Shown piece after piece: positions 45,779 through 57,822 of a stretch of 64,000 nucleotides of DNA (its first letter is position 1; each line of letters opens with the position of its first letter). The DNA is taken from assembly GCA_019828565.1 (NCBI GenBank), contig JAHDYR010000009.1, forward strand, positions 289,647-353,646, written 5' to 3'. Made by a program: the position numbers and the translations under genes. The notes beneath the pieces are model-generated. The model was not told where the DNA came from. It ran no database searches and saw nothing but the letters and a program-made list of their open reading frames with translations. This DNA is from Carpediemonas membranifera BICM. Its lineage: Eukaryota > Protista > Fornicata.

Positions 45779-48700
45779 TGTGGTCATCCTACGGCAACTA
45801 ACGAGTGTTAAACCATTTAGAGCTGAAACTGAGTCTTATCCTGCGGGTGCAGGATAAGTACCCGATGATAAATAGATGAGCGGATGACACTGCCCCTCCA
45901 AGACCCGATAATGGCTTGTGACAGGGGAGGGTCTTGACAACTAAATGGATGTGCTGGATATCAGTCCTTGTGTGCTTAGTAGAATCAGAGTTCAGGCTGA
46001 ACTCTCACGTGCCTCATGCGTCAAGGCGATAAGATTTGCCGCGGTGTGTTCCACGCTTCGGCATTCGACCTAAGTGAGGTCAGGGACATGTGGCTTGCTC
46101 TTGTGAGGAAGAAAAACCCGGTGGGAAAAGACTCTCAACCACTGCCCCTCCACGGCCGCATCAGTGAAATAACGCGCCGTATCCAGGTAATGTCACGGGT
46201 TGACATTTGTGACACGATGCTTGATCGGCGATCAGAGGATAAATGTCACGTCAGGTGCTGCGACTGTGCCTAGCTGCGAAGCACTGTGATACTGTGATAC
46301 TATGTTAGATGACGCGACGGCACTCCGTCGACTTGAAAGACACTCAGCCTCGTCTCAAGTGAAAAGCTTAAGATGACTGCAGCCCTCTCGCATTGCTCTG
46401 CGGTACAGGGACTTATCGAAGCTAATCCAAGCTTCATGAAGACAACTTGGCATCATACCGTCGCCACCAAGTGAGAGCTTGGGGCCGGTTTGACCGTCCA
46501 GCGGACTGGGACCGGGTCGACTCGACTGTTGCTAGTCGGTATAAACACTATAGAGCCTGACAGGCTCACCAACCATTCGCATGATGGTACAATTAACACA
46601 CAACCGTTTCAACGGAATGACGTGTGATCGTGGGACTTGCTCCATGGCCTACTGACATAGTGAGGCCATGTTCTATCACATTATGCCTGCCGTGTACCAG
46701 GACTTATTTGATCAGGTCGCAGCGAACGCTTCTCGACCTCTCCACCAACGAGCATCATATATGACAAGGCTCACAACTGGCTGAGACAACTACTGGACAA
46801 CGAGCACCCGTGCGGGTCTGGCTCTAACTCGTCCGTAGCGTGACCTTTGCACCGTCGCCGCCAAGGGAAAGCTTGAGGCCGGATATGTATAACGAGACTC
46901 GTGATATCTCACTGACGTCTCTCGCTTTGGTGTACATGCGCCCGTCGGCACGGCATCCAAGACCAAAACCTTCTGACAAGCTCCATCAGTCTCAGATCTG
47001 CGCGTCGATGAGGATTGGTTGGCCGGCCGCACCTACACCATACACAGAATCATCAACCCTTCTGCAAGTCAGGGACTACTCGCTCTCCTCCCGTCGGATT
47101 CGAACCTTCGAGCAGCCGTCACACCGCTATTACCGAGCGGTGCCCTCGCTGGACTACTGCCAGATGCGCAATATAAACTACGGGATCCCTGTGTGAAAGA
47201 AACTACTAGTGGCTACTGCTCACTAGACTCGGTAACGACCGAACGGTCAGACTACCGTCATGCTATAGCTTACCCGTCCATGCAACCCACCGTCAGCCTA
47301 CTCGCCGCAGCGTTGTTCAGCGACCTGGTGGCTACAGGACACGTTCTTATGCCAGAGGACCGGACACAGCTACTGCTGGCTTTCTCATGGTGTTCGATGA
47401 ACGATGAAGGAGCGACCTCCATATGCTAAACTCACTCTAGACTAGACATACTAGACTAGACTCAATTGAGACTTGAATTCTTTGCGGTATACCTTGGCAC
47501 TAGTGCATAGTGATGACTTGAGTGTCCTGGGACAAGATACAAGCGTTTCGGTCCGACCATTTCGCGATGGGACGGCTCCATGTCGATGTGCAAGCTGCCG
47601 TGCGAACCATTGCTACGGCTCGGGTGTACGAGGAGAGATCATGCCGATCGTGCATGATGGACTTGCGACACAGGTAAGGCTTCACAGGGCCTGTCTGGGC
47701 AGACCCTGAACAGGAGGTTTGGATCTCCAAACATGTGTTGTGGGGTGGTACTCTTGTCAACCCACAGTGTCAAATGTTCTACGTGTGCGCTTGACACGCC
47801 TCTAGGCACACTGCCGGGCACCACCACACGGTGTTACGTCGATAATACTCTTACGGTCGGGGCTACTGGCACCGTAGACCTGGGCTGTGATGTGTCTGAG
47901 TCTGGCAACGAAGCCTCATTGTTGCTCAGGTATGTCTGCCAGGGAGAACTGGCTAGCTCACGCGATCATGTAGGGGCGACACGGGTATATCGTACATCTA
48001 GTACGACTAGCAGGGGATGTATCGCGTCAATGTCAGTGTCACTACGACACTGCTCTAAGTTACGGAGTTAGTAAGCCGTGGGAAAGACCACACTGGCCCT
48101 TTTGTGTGTGGGTCTGAGTCGTGCAGGAAGCAAGCAACGCGGGCTGGACCCAGCTGGGGTAGCACGACCCACTACAACAGCTACCTTCTGAGCGCACACG
48201 ACATGCGTCGCTCGCCTTCTAGCAGCATGGGGTAAGCTCATGCATCGATCGTACGCGCTTATGTGCCGTTAAAGACAACTGTCGATCGTGTTCGACAGGG
48301 TGTGCGGACATGGTGACCACCATGGCACGATCTCGGACAATGAATAGGTGCCTATGCCATCATGGCATGACGGCGTTAAGGACACCAGTCGATGGTAGGC
48401 TCGACCACCTTCGGTCGGGCTGAAGCTGTCGTTGAGCAATCTCGTTCAGGCAACGTATCCATGGGGGGAAGAAAGGGCCTCTCCAAAAAGGGTACTGTGC
48501 TACATTCTGTGGGAGAAATCAATATGCATTGGCTGTTATAGATCTAAGTCACAACCCCATGGGGTTGATAAGCGGTAAGGCAGACGGTCTGTCTGACTTG
48601 GCACAGCAAGGTTGACAACTAGGTTGACTGGCCTGTCGGGATAAAGCTCATCTCGGTGTACATTAGACAGTTACTAGGCGTGGGGCGTCGTCTACCTCGC

Positions 48701-50910
48701 CCTCGGCTATGTTATGCTTGCGTAGCTTAAGCAAGACATCAGACCTCTACTCTAAGGCATGTGTCGTTAGGCCTCGCCTTGTAGAATGGACAGGCTCACA
48801 CTGTCCTCGCACCGGGCTGACACTAGGGCAGACCTTGCCCTGGTCTTGGCAAATGTAGTCAGCGCGGCTCTTGTATTCGGTAGATCAGTTTGACACCTGG
48901 CAGCAGAGCCGCCTTGGTTCATTGGGGGAAGCTAGTCAGTCAGCGACGGTAGAGGGACCGTCGCTATATGTGTACAGCTTCAACAGGGAGTTGACAGTCA
49001 TCACTCCTGCCTGCCGGCTCGTAACACCTTCAGGCACTACTGTGTGCTGAGACTGGGCATGATCTAATAGGTCTACTGCTGACCCTAGAATAGAGGAGGA
49101 ATACGGTTGTGGAGGTCGTGATGTGGCACGAGTCTCCCTCGGCACACGATCGTGCACGATCTTGATGGTACTGTTGATACACGAGCTTCTACACTCGCGT
49201 GAAATGACAATCTTGGAGCCCTCATAGAACAAGTTACTGGATGCAGGTCCTCGCCTAGGCCAGGCATGCGAGCTCGGACTGGGGCTCGCCCTGAGGTGCC
49301 TTACACTCGGCCTTGTTACGGCAGAATCGGGAGAGTTCCCACCAACCACAATACGTTGGGCTCAAAATGCAAAGTAGATGGTGGTAAACGCATTATGGCA
49401 TTCAACGCTCGGCTAGCGTTGCGGTGTAGCATGGCTTCGATGTGTGGATGTCGTATGATGATGGCATGCGCTCTCCTGCAGCACCCTAGATGCTGCGGTG
49501 TCGCGGCGAACAGCGCTACGTGCCGCCGTTCGAGGATCAGGTGATCAGAGGATTCATCGTCGCACCTTGCGATGATGTTATAGCTAATGTAGTGTAGGAT
49601 TTGCAGCGCGCGGACTCCATGGGCGCGACCACACAGCGGTGAAGATGCTTGAAGCCTGTGACGGAGTTACGCGAGAGGGGTTACGCTTGGACAACCTGTA
49701 CGAGCAGTCTAGTGAAAGAACTTGTGATCGGTAGCTATAGTTGCTGCTGGTAGGTATGGGTTAAAGAAGGCACAATGAAGCTACTGTTGATGATGTGGAC
49801 AACTAATGATGGTGGGTACCGGCCGATACAGGCTCTGTCCTCTTGATGATCAGGGGTCACACTCAGAGTGAGCCCCTCAGGGCCATTGCTGATCGAGCTG
49901 ATCGAACAATACAAAAAGCGTGGGTCAGCTCGGGCCTGTCTGGCTCCGGTTGACGTGTGGATTATAGGCCGAAGAGGTCTTCTGTGGGTTCCTCAATCGT
50001 CATTTGAATGAGATCATCATTGGAGTTATCAGTTGATGAAGGTGGGGTCGACTCTGGCCGCCAGGGCTCAGGTCATTAGATGATCGCCGAGTCTCCTGCG
50101 CCTGCGGCGCAGGGCCCATAACATCTCTTTGTCGTCTTCAGGCTTGATGTGATCAATTGATGATGATGCGGGGGCGGGTCCGGCCTGCTGAAGGGTCGTC
50201 ATGATCCATACGCTCTGCGGCGCGGGTCTATAGCGACGTTTGTGGAGGTAGAGGTTGACCGACTGTTCGGGAGTTGTGGCGACGAAAGACGTCCGTCGAC
50301 GCCCGGTCGTGAGAGCTGGTATGGCGCCAAATGAGTATGAAAACCCCTTAGGCATCGACCGCTGGTGTCGATGTATCAATTAATCGCGTTCCGATTCGCA
50401 GTGATGCTCGGAGCCGTCGGAGCTTACTCAGTGTAGCTGGCTCCATGAACTGACAAGAGAAAGCGGTATGGTGCCGTAATCTGGATAGAAAATAAGTTGT
50501 TTTGGCCGTGGAATATCGATTCCAAACGGCGTTTCTACCAAAACGTTCTATCTGGCTCGTTCTGAGCACATAAAATGCTCGCGACTGGTTCATGGCCTTT
50601 GGAGGCCCTAGCGCGGAATACTCTACTAATATGCAACCTGCTGTCGCTACTGGACATGTTGTGCGCGGTCTGAGACATGTTTTGACCAACCAAGACACGA
50701 CAAGAATTCGTTTGTGTTTGAGAAGACTGATGTTGATTATATCACTCGCTAGCACCGCAGGACGTTTGATTCTCATCTCCCCGGGAGAAATGATATCATT
50801 GTGGTCATCCTACGGCAACTAACGAGTGTTAAACCATTTAGAGCTGAAACTGAGTCTTATCCTGCGGGTGCAGGATAAGTACCCGATGATAAATAGATGA
50901 GCGGATGACA
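45779..50910 (-). mobile_element. E3: 5.1-kb non-autonomous LTR element (LARD-like), identical 111-bp LTRs, 4-bp TSD GTGC, no pol
   Basis: LTRs at 45779-45889 and 50800-50910 (TG..CA); TSD at 45775-45778 and 50911-50914; PPT TTGGAGGGGCAG at 45890-45901; no internal ORF over ~140 aa. Confidence 0.92.
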
Positions 50911-52583
50911 GTGCCTTGCGCTTGGCTGCTGTGGTGTATTGAGCGATGTTGTCGCGTACCGCACGCAGTATGCCCGTCAAATCCTCTCTTCTGGCCTCAT
51001 AGTGCGTGTGTTCGAGGTGGGGGAAAAGGATATTGAGTGGAGTGCGTCCCGTCGTCGATGATGCGGTGTTGTTGATGATGAGCTCGACTTGGGGAAGTAG
51101 ATCAACCCAGTCGCCGTGGTTGAGCAGTGGTGTGAGGTGCTTGACGATCTCTGCGTTCATTCGCTCTACTATGCCATTGGCTTGCGGCCTGTATGGAACT
51201 GAGAAGCGGTGGTTGAGCGTGAGCCTCTTCGTCAACTCGGCAACGAGCTTATTGTCATACTGCGGGCCGTGATCGGTCTGGATGGCGCTCGGGACGCCAA
51301 AACGGCCGCAGAATTGGTAAATGCTCTTCGCGGCACTCGCAGCATCCGTAGTGTGCCGTGCACTCCCGGGTCATTGCTGTCAGGGTGGGGTCCTTGTGCT
51401 TAGCTGCACACTCGCTACAGGCGGCGAACGTGGCTTTTCTTATGGTCTTCTGTACCTCCTCTACCCAGATGGCGGTGAGGTTGTCGGTCTTCGTTGTACG
51501 GGCTCGTGCCGCAGTACTGGCAGAGCTTGTGTTCGCCGCGCGGCGAGCATCGGAATCGGACAGAACGGTTCGTTGTAGGTCCTCGAAAGTGTCAAAAAGA
51601 GTGGTTGGGCGCCACTGGGCGCGAAGTTTTTCTGTTGTCTCGGGGGACAATGTAGCCTTATGGCTAGGGAAAGATTGTTTAATATAAGAAAACCCATGAT
51701 GTGGTGAATATGGTCAATACTATATAAATCTATGAAATGGTAATCCTATGTAACATTGGGTAAGACCCACTGCACTGCCCCTCCAGTGCCTGTAAGGCAC
51801 GACCTCAAGCAACGCATATATATGGTCGGCAATAGCCGATGAGGATTAGTGAAGTGACAACCGCTTCGAACGTACGAGAGCCACCAAGTACGATCGAAAC
51901 AGTCTACTCTATTGGCGGTAGAGTAGGCTATGTCTGCCCTTCAGGCCTTGATCTACGAGCTTAGCCAGTATTATGTAAAGATATGGTTGATACTATTATT
52001 CGAATCTGTATCTATAAAAATCTTGTGGTACCACTATATAAACGCGCGCGCTAAGTTAGGTATAGGGTATCTTACATGTCCCTGCCCCTCCACGGCCGGA
52101 ATACGGCCGTGATTGTGGCGGTTTGGTTCGGCTGTGCATTTTATGGCACAATGAACCGCGGTTTCGAAAGTTTCACTATACGCGGTATGCAAAGCGCTAG
52201 CCAGCGTATAGTTGTCAAAAATGGGGTTTTCAGCCCTCAACGACGACTTCGTTGGCGAGTTCTGGACGTTTTTCTTTTTCGGTGCCGAATGAAGGTGCTG
52301 CTCTGCGCTACGTGTGTCCTTCATGAATAACAACATCAATACTTAGTAAAAGCCTTCGTTGCTGCACTGTTTGTGGGATATTGAGGAGTATCTTCACGAT
52401 TCTCCTCAAGGCTTCATGAGCGTCATCGAATCGACCTCCTGCGCCCAGGCTCCGGTCATGATCATGGCTGCTATGGTCTGCGGGTTAGTCAGCTAGGTTG
52501 CAGTAGTTCCCATAAAAGTACGATAATTACGTCAATGCATGTAAATGCTGCTTTGAAGGATTTCAAAGCAGCCGTTTGAGGAT

Positions 52584-53525
52584 ATGGAGAATTATACCGC
52601 CGCAATGAAGGCTATAATCGAGGAACTAAGCGATGACGATGACATTGCCGCCCTCAATCGCGTCTTCCGCCACGTTATTCGCAAGCGTGCTCGTCGACGC
52701 GTTGGATCTACCGCCAACTCCGACAACACGACTAATCAGTCCTCCATTGATGCTTCAACAACCGCTACGGGCTCCACAGTCAACGATCAGGAGCGCCAGC
52801 CCGATTCCAGCGTGGTTCCGGCAACCGTCGTCGGCGATTCGCGTCCGTCTCGCCGTGCTAGAGGCAAGCGCCGTATCGGCGTCCGTGATCGAGTTCTCCC
52901 GCCGGCAGTCACGGGCGCGGACGTGGTGTTCGAGCCTCCCCGCATTGATCGCGCCACACGGCTGCGGGGTGAGCTCGATCACGTCATCTCGACGGTCACG
53001 GCGACGTTATCGACATTCTCATCGCATCTAGAGCTGTCAGTGCAGCCGTTCCTCGATGTGTTGATGAGCGGTGCGCTTAACCAGGCATCGCTGACCTCCG
53101 TTCAGCGCCTCGACGGTGGCGTCATCGCTCTGTCTGGGGCAGTCGATGACTACTATCTGCTTGTCGGCTTCCGCAAGTACTTCGATCTTGGCTCCGGTGT
53201 CAGCGACCGGGAGATCATGAACCAGGTATTCAACGGTCGCCGTGCCGGCGATATCCGCCGGGAGGTCCTGGATGAGGCGGCACGCCTTCTTGCCGTTGGG
53301 GTCGACACGGCACGTAGCCACGTCCGCCGGCTCTATCTTCTTACGCATCATGTTTCGTATTATGCAGTGCTACAGCACGCGATCTGGAGCCGGGTGCTGC
53401 AGGGCCGGCAGTGCCTGTATCGATTTGCCAATGACTGCTACGCCCTTGCCTGCGCCGAGGAGCTGCCGACCCTCAGCCTCCCCCCCGGTAGGTACCCCGG
53501 TTTCTTCGTCTTACACAGGATATGA
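52584..53525 (+). CDS. E2 antisense accessory ORF A (313 aa, unknown function)
   Basis: ATG-initiated long ORF between pol and the 3' LTR, on the opposite strand and not overlapping pol. Confidence 0.7.
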   Translation: MENYTAAMKAIIEELSDDDDIAALNRVFRHVIRKRARRRVGSTANSDNTTNQSSIDASTTATGSTVNDQERQPDSSVVPATVVGDSRPSRRARGKRRIGVRDRVLPPAVTGADVVFEPPRIDRATRLRGELDHVISTVTATLSTFSSHLELSVQPFLDVLMSGALNQASLTSVQRLDGGVIALSGAVDDYYLLVGFRKYFDLGSGVSDREIMNQVFNGRRAGDIRREVLDEAARLLAVGVDTARSHVRRLYLLTHHVSYYAVLQHAIWSRVLQGRQCLYRFANDCYALACAEELPTLSLPPGRYPGFFVLHRI

Positions 53526-53824
53526 CCCGCTTTCAGGTCTACGAGCGCGACCGGTATTATCGCGTGCTGGCTGTGCGTGGTCACTGGTGGCTGTTCGTTG
53601 AGCAGGCCTACCGTGGTCGCGCTGGCTCCTTCTTGCTCCTTGTCGCCTACGACGGGTTCCCTGAAGCAAGTCTGACGCCGGTTAACGCAGACCTTGTCCG
53701 CGTGGCTGTGGTCAACCAGTACCTCAGGGCTCATTCCGAGCTCTGGGACGTTCTGCCTGAGTCCCTGCAGGTAGAGTTGGAAGAAGTGGTGACCAGTGAC
53801 GAGGAGTCTGCCGGTGACGAGTAA
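53522..53824 (+). CDS. E2 antisense accessory ORF B (100 aa, divergent stand-alone chromodomain-like protein with acidic tail)
   Basis: YRVLAVRGH..FLLLVAYDGFPEASLTPVNADLVRVAVVNQYLRAH parallels the E5 chromodomain YIVESIVDV..LRVHWLGYETAEDSDIPLNNANSRLEALDSYLKSH; ATGA overlap with ORF A. Confidence 0.6.
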   Translation: MTRFQVYERDRYYRVLAVRGHWWLFVEQAYRGRAGSFLLLVAYDGFPEASLTPVNADLVRVAVVNQYLRAHSELWDVLPESLQVELEEVVTSDEESAGDE

Positions 53825-53887
53825 ATGTTCTGATGATCTTGGTTAGCGCCTTGATAGTCCGTTATTTACACGGCTATGTACAAGGGC

Positions 53888-56800
53888 TATCCGTCTGTAT
53901 TGTTCGCCAGGAAGATGTCGAGAGCTGCGCAGTCCTTAACGTTCTTATATGGTTCCCACGTGGCTTCTTCGTCCTCAAATCCGGCCCAGTGCACGAGGTA
54001 CTTCTTCTGCGACATGGTACCTGACCCGCGTGCTGCTGAATGCGGTCGACCAACCACTCGTCCCTGCTAGTTGCAGCGAGTTGCTGGATCTGGTCGTCAG
54101 TTAGTGTACCGGGGTTGAACCTTCGCACTCGTGCGGCATCGACCTTGATGGTCTTACCATTCGTGGGTGACTCTGCCATGTCTTGGACTTCATATGCCAC
54201 GGTGACGCCTGATTGCTTGATGCTCTTAACGCGCCTCATCGGGCCTCTCCACCCTGGTGATAGTTTGTCAGGTGGGCGAGAGGGGTACTTGACCAAGACG
54301 TAACGACTCAGGATCTCCGTACGCGACGAGACGGCCTTCGACCACGCGTCCTCCTTCATCGCTTGGATGCGAGCCTTCGCCAGCTGAATTGCCGCGTCGG
54401 CGGCTGCCCGGTGTGATTGCTTGGCGCTCGCTGACGCTTGCTTGGTAACGTATATTGAGCTAGGCACGGTGAGGTTATATCCCAGGACGATCTCAGCCGG
54501 TGATAGGCGGGTTGGGACTCGCGGCGTGGCGTTGATGATAAAGCTCGCGACAGGCAGGTGATGTATCCAGTTAGAGTCTCTTATGTGGAACTTGCGTGCC
54601 TTCAAGATGCGTAACACCTCCTTGTTGGCTCGCTCCACCATCCCGTTTGACTGTGGATGGTGGGCCGTAGTGATGTGCGTATCAAAGCCCAACTCCTTGG
54701 ACAACCGTTGGAATAGCTTGTTGTTAAACTCTGGCCCTCCATCGGACTGTAACACCTCTGGGCACCCGAAGCGCAGTACCCAGTTGTTGACGAATGCGTC
54801 AGCTGCTGCTTCGGCTGTGGTCCCGGAGACGGCAACCAGCTCGGTCCACCGTGAGCACATGTCGACCATGACCGTAATGTGCGTCATACCGTCCCGCGTT
54901 GGGAATGGCCCCATAGTGTCGATCGCTACGCGTTTGAACGGGGTCTCTACAGCCGTATGTAACCCGGCCACAGTCTGCTCGGGTGGTCGTTCTAGCACTT
55001 GGCACGTGGGGCAATGAGAGATGAACTCGTCCACAGCTGAGCGGGATACGCTCAACCCGTCGGCTCTCAGTCTGTCGATTGTCTGTCTTCTCGAGAAATG
55101 AGCGCCTGCCATCTCGTGTGCCTTCTTAATCTGATCAGTGGTCGCCTGGGAGCGTACGGTGAAAACTCTCGATAGTCCGTCGGCTCCGGCGTTGTCTAAA
55201 CCTGCAACGTGCTCAATACCGAAGTCTAAGTCGGACAGGGTGTCAGCCCATCGCTTGACCTTGGCGTTAACGCTCCGGAACATGAACAGGAGGTTCCTGT
55301 GGTCGGTCAGGATTGTGAAATGGCCCCAACTGAGGAACTTGCGCCAGCGTTGTACGGCAGCTATAATGGCGTACGCCTCCTTCTCACTGGTAGACCATCT
55401 CGACTGCACCTCATTAAAGGCCTTACTCATATAGCATACTGGCCTACCCTCTTGGAGGAGTACTGCACCGTAGCCGAGCCCTGAGGCATCGGTCATAATA
55501 GTGTGCTCCTTAGTCGCGTCGAAGATGGCGAGTGCGTCCGCCGATGTGAGAGCATCCTTGATCTTCTTCAGCGCTGCGTCCTGTTCAGGCTGGCCGATAG
55601 GCCTGCGCCCGGCCATTGCCTCAGTCAAGGGGAGGGCGATCTCGGCGAAACGGTCCACGTGATCTCTGAAATAGTTCAGAAAGCCTACTAAGCCCTGCAT
55701 CCCACGGACGCTCTTGGGCAACTGGAGCTCTGCAATGTCGGCTACCCGGTCGGGGGGCGATGTGTTTCTGCCCCTCGGAGATTACCCAACCTAGGAACTC
55801 GACCTCGGCACGGCCAAACTGGCACTTCTCCCTATTGAGCTGTAACTTTGTCTCGCGTGCGCGAAGGAGGACCTTGCGGAGATTCTGGAGATATTCCTCT
55901 TCGCTTGCCCCGAAGATGATGATGTCGTCAATGTATATATAACAGGCTGTGCCGACCAGCTTCCCCGGAAGGCGGACTCCATAGCCCGCTGGAAATGGGC
56001 TCCAGCATTGCGTAGCCCAAAGGGCATCCGACAGTACTCGTACTGCCCCAGAGCCGTAGTAAATGCGGTGTACTGGCGGCAGCGCTCGGTCAGCTCGACT
56101 TGGTGGTAACCGGCGGAGAGGTCGAGGGTTGCGAAGACCTTCTTCCCCGCTAGCTGGGAGATAACCTCGTCAATACGAGGTATGGGGGTAGTTGAAAGGT
56201 TCGGTGATGTCGTTAATTTGTCTGAAGTCAACTACGAATCGGGACTTACCCCCTTTCTTGGGTACTGTCATCGCGGGCGAAGCGTAAGGCGATTGACAGG
56301 CACGGATAAATCTCTTCGCCAGGAGAGCGTCAATGTGCTCCTTGACGACGGCTACCTTCGCCGGGGGGATGTAGTATGGTCGCGCGTTCACGACCCTGTC
56401 ACTCTTCAGGATCAAGTCGTACGGTTCGAGCTTGCTTGGCTCGTTGCGATCTTCGAACACTGCGCTGAACTCCTTGAGAACCTTGGCCTGTGTATCGCTC
56501 GTAGTGGGGTTCAACTGGTAGACGGCAGCGTCGAACTTGGCGGGCGACGGAATGTCCAGCTCGTCGCTACCCTCCTTGTTCCACTCAGCCTGAGGGAGTA
56601 TACCCAACTCAACCATATGGGGGTACCCTAGGATCAGGTCGAAGTCGGTGTCGAGTAGAAGTAGCTCGGCGTTAAATGTACAAGTGCGCGGGGTGAACGA
56701 TGATGGTTGCAGCTTAATCGTAGCGTTGACTCGACCCTGTGACTGTTTCTCGCCGCCTGCTGTTGCGACACGCTCCTGCGTGGTGGAGATGACCTCGAGC

Positions 56801-57822
56801 TTGGCTGCGTGGCGAGGGTGGATGCTTGACACGTTAGCTCCCGAGTCTAATAACGCTGTCAGCTTCTGCTTGCCTACTGAAACCGGAACGAGTGGTAGGT
56901 TGATCTTGGACTTGGACTGATCTGCACTGATAGAGAGAGAATATTGCGGAGATTTATCCCGACAATATCTCTCCAGGTGACCAGTCTTCTTGCAGATCGA
57001 GCACGTGTGCTTCGGCTTGGGGCACTTGTGCCATGCGTGCTTGCCGCCGCAGTTCCAGCAGGTGTAGTCGCGCTTCTTGTCAGTGCTACTGGGATGGGGC
57101 TTACGCTCTGACTTATCCCGGTTCAGCGTCTTGTTGCTTCCCTCCTCAGACGGCAGCGGCTGGCGATAAGGATGGCCGTTGCGGCCTGCTCTCTTTCTGT
57201 TACCGCTAGGATGGCCGCCTGTCGGGTGAATGCTCTTGGGGTGCTTCTGTCCGTCTCCTAGGTACGCTTCTCTCAGCTCTTCGCCGTCCCGCAGCTCGGT
57301 GCTAATGGCGAGTACCTGAGGCATGGCATCACTCAGAGTGGAATCTTCGATCAACTCTTGAATGCGGTACATAGTTCTGCCTGTTCCCTGCTTGAAGCAG
57401 CGGGCGTACGTCTTACACAGTGTCTCCTGTGATGACTCGGGTTGCAGAATAGCCAGCAATGTCTGAAAGCGCTTGTTGATGCGTACCACCTCGCTAGGCG
57501 TGAAGGATGTGGCGTTCAAGCGGAAGTATTCAAGCCTTGCTACCTCGTGGCGTGGTCTAAAGGCCTTGCCGAGACGCTTGACACAAGCGATGTCTTGTTC
57601 GCGCCGGCGTGTAGTCTTGGTCTTGATGAGCGCCACGGGAGGATCGTTGTCGTCCGTGCCGAGTACTCCGTCAACGTAGTCACGGACGCAGCTGTCTATT
57701 AGGCGGTCTGAGCGCTGTTTTCCGCCGAGTGCTCGATAATCTTGGAGCGCTTCCACGAACGTGACTAATTCAGCCACGGACGTGCCCTTTAGTATCGGCG
57801 CTTTGGTCTTCCCGTATACCAT
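53888..57822 (-). CDS. E2 Gag-PR-RT-RNaseH-IN-chromodomain polyprotein (several small frameshifts)
   Basis: Two CCHC knuckles, LLDSGA protease, LDLSAGYHQ, MPFGL, YIDD (~55925-55936), TDASG/EKEAYA/TDHRNL RNase H, HHCC plus D,D(35)E integrase, WRGP, and chromodomain YLVHWAGFEDEEATWEP. Confidence 0.93.
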
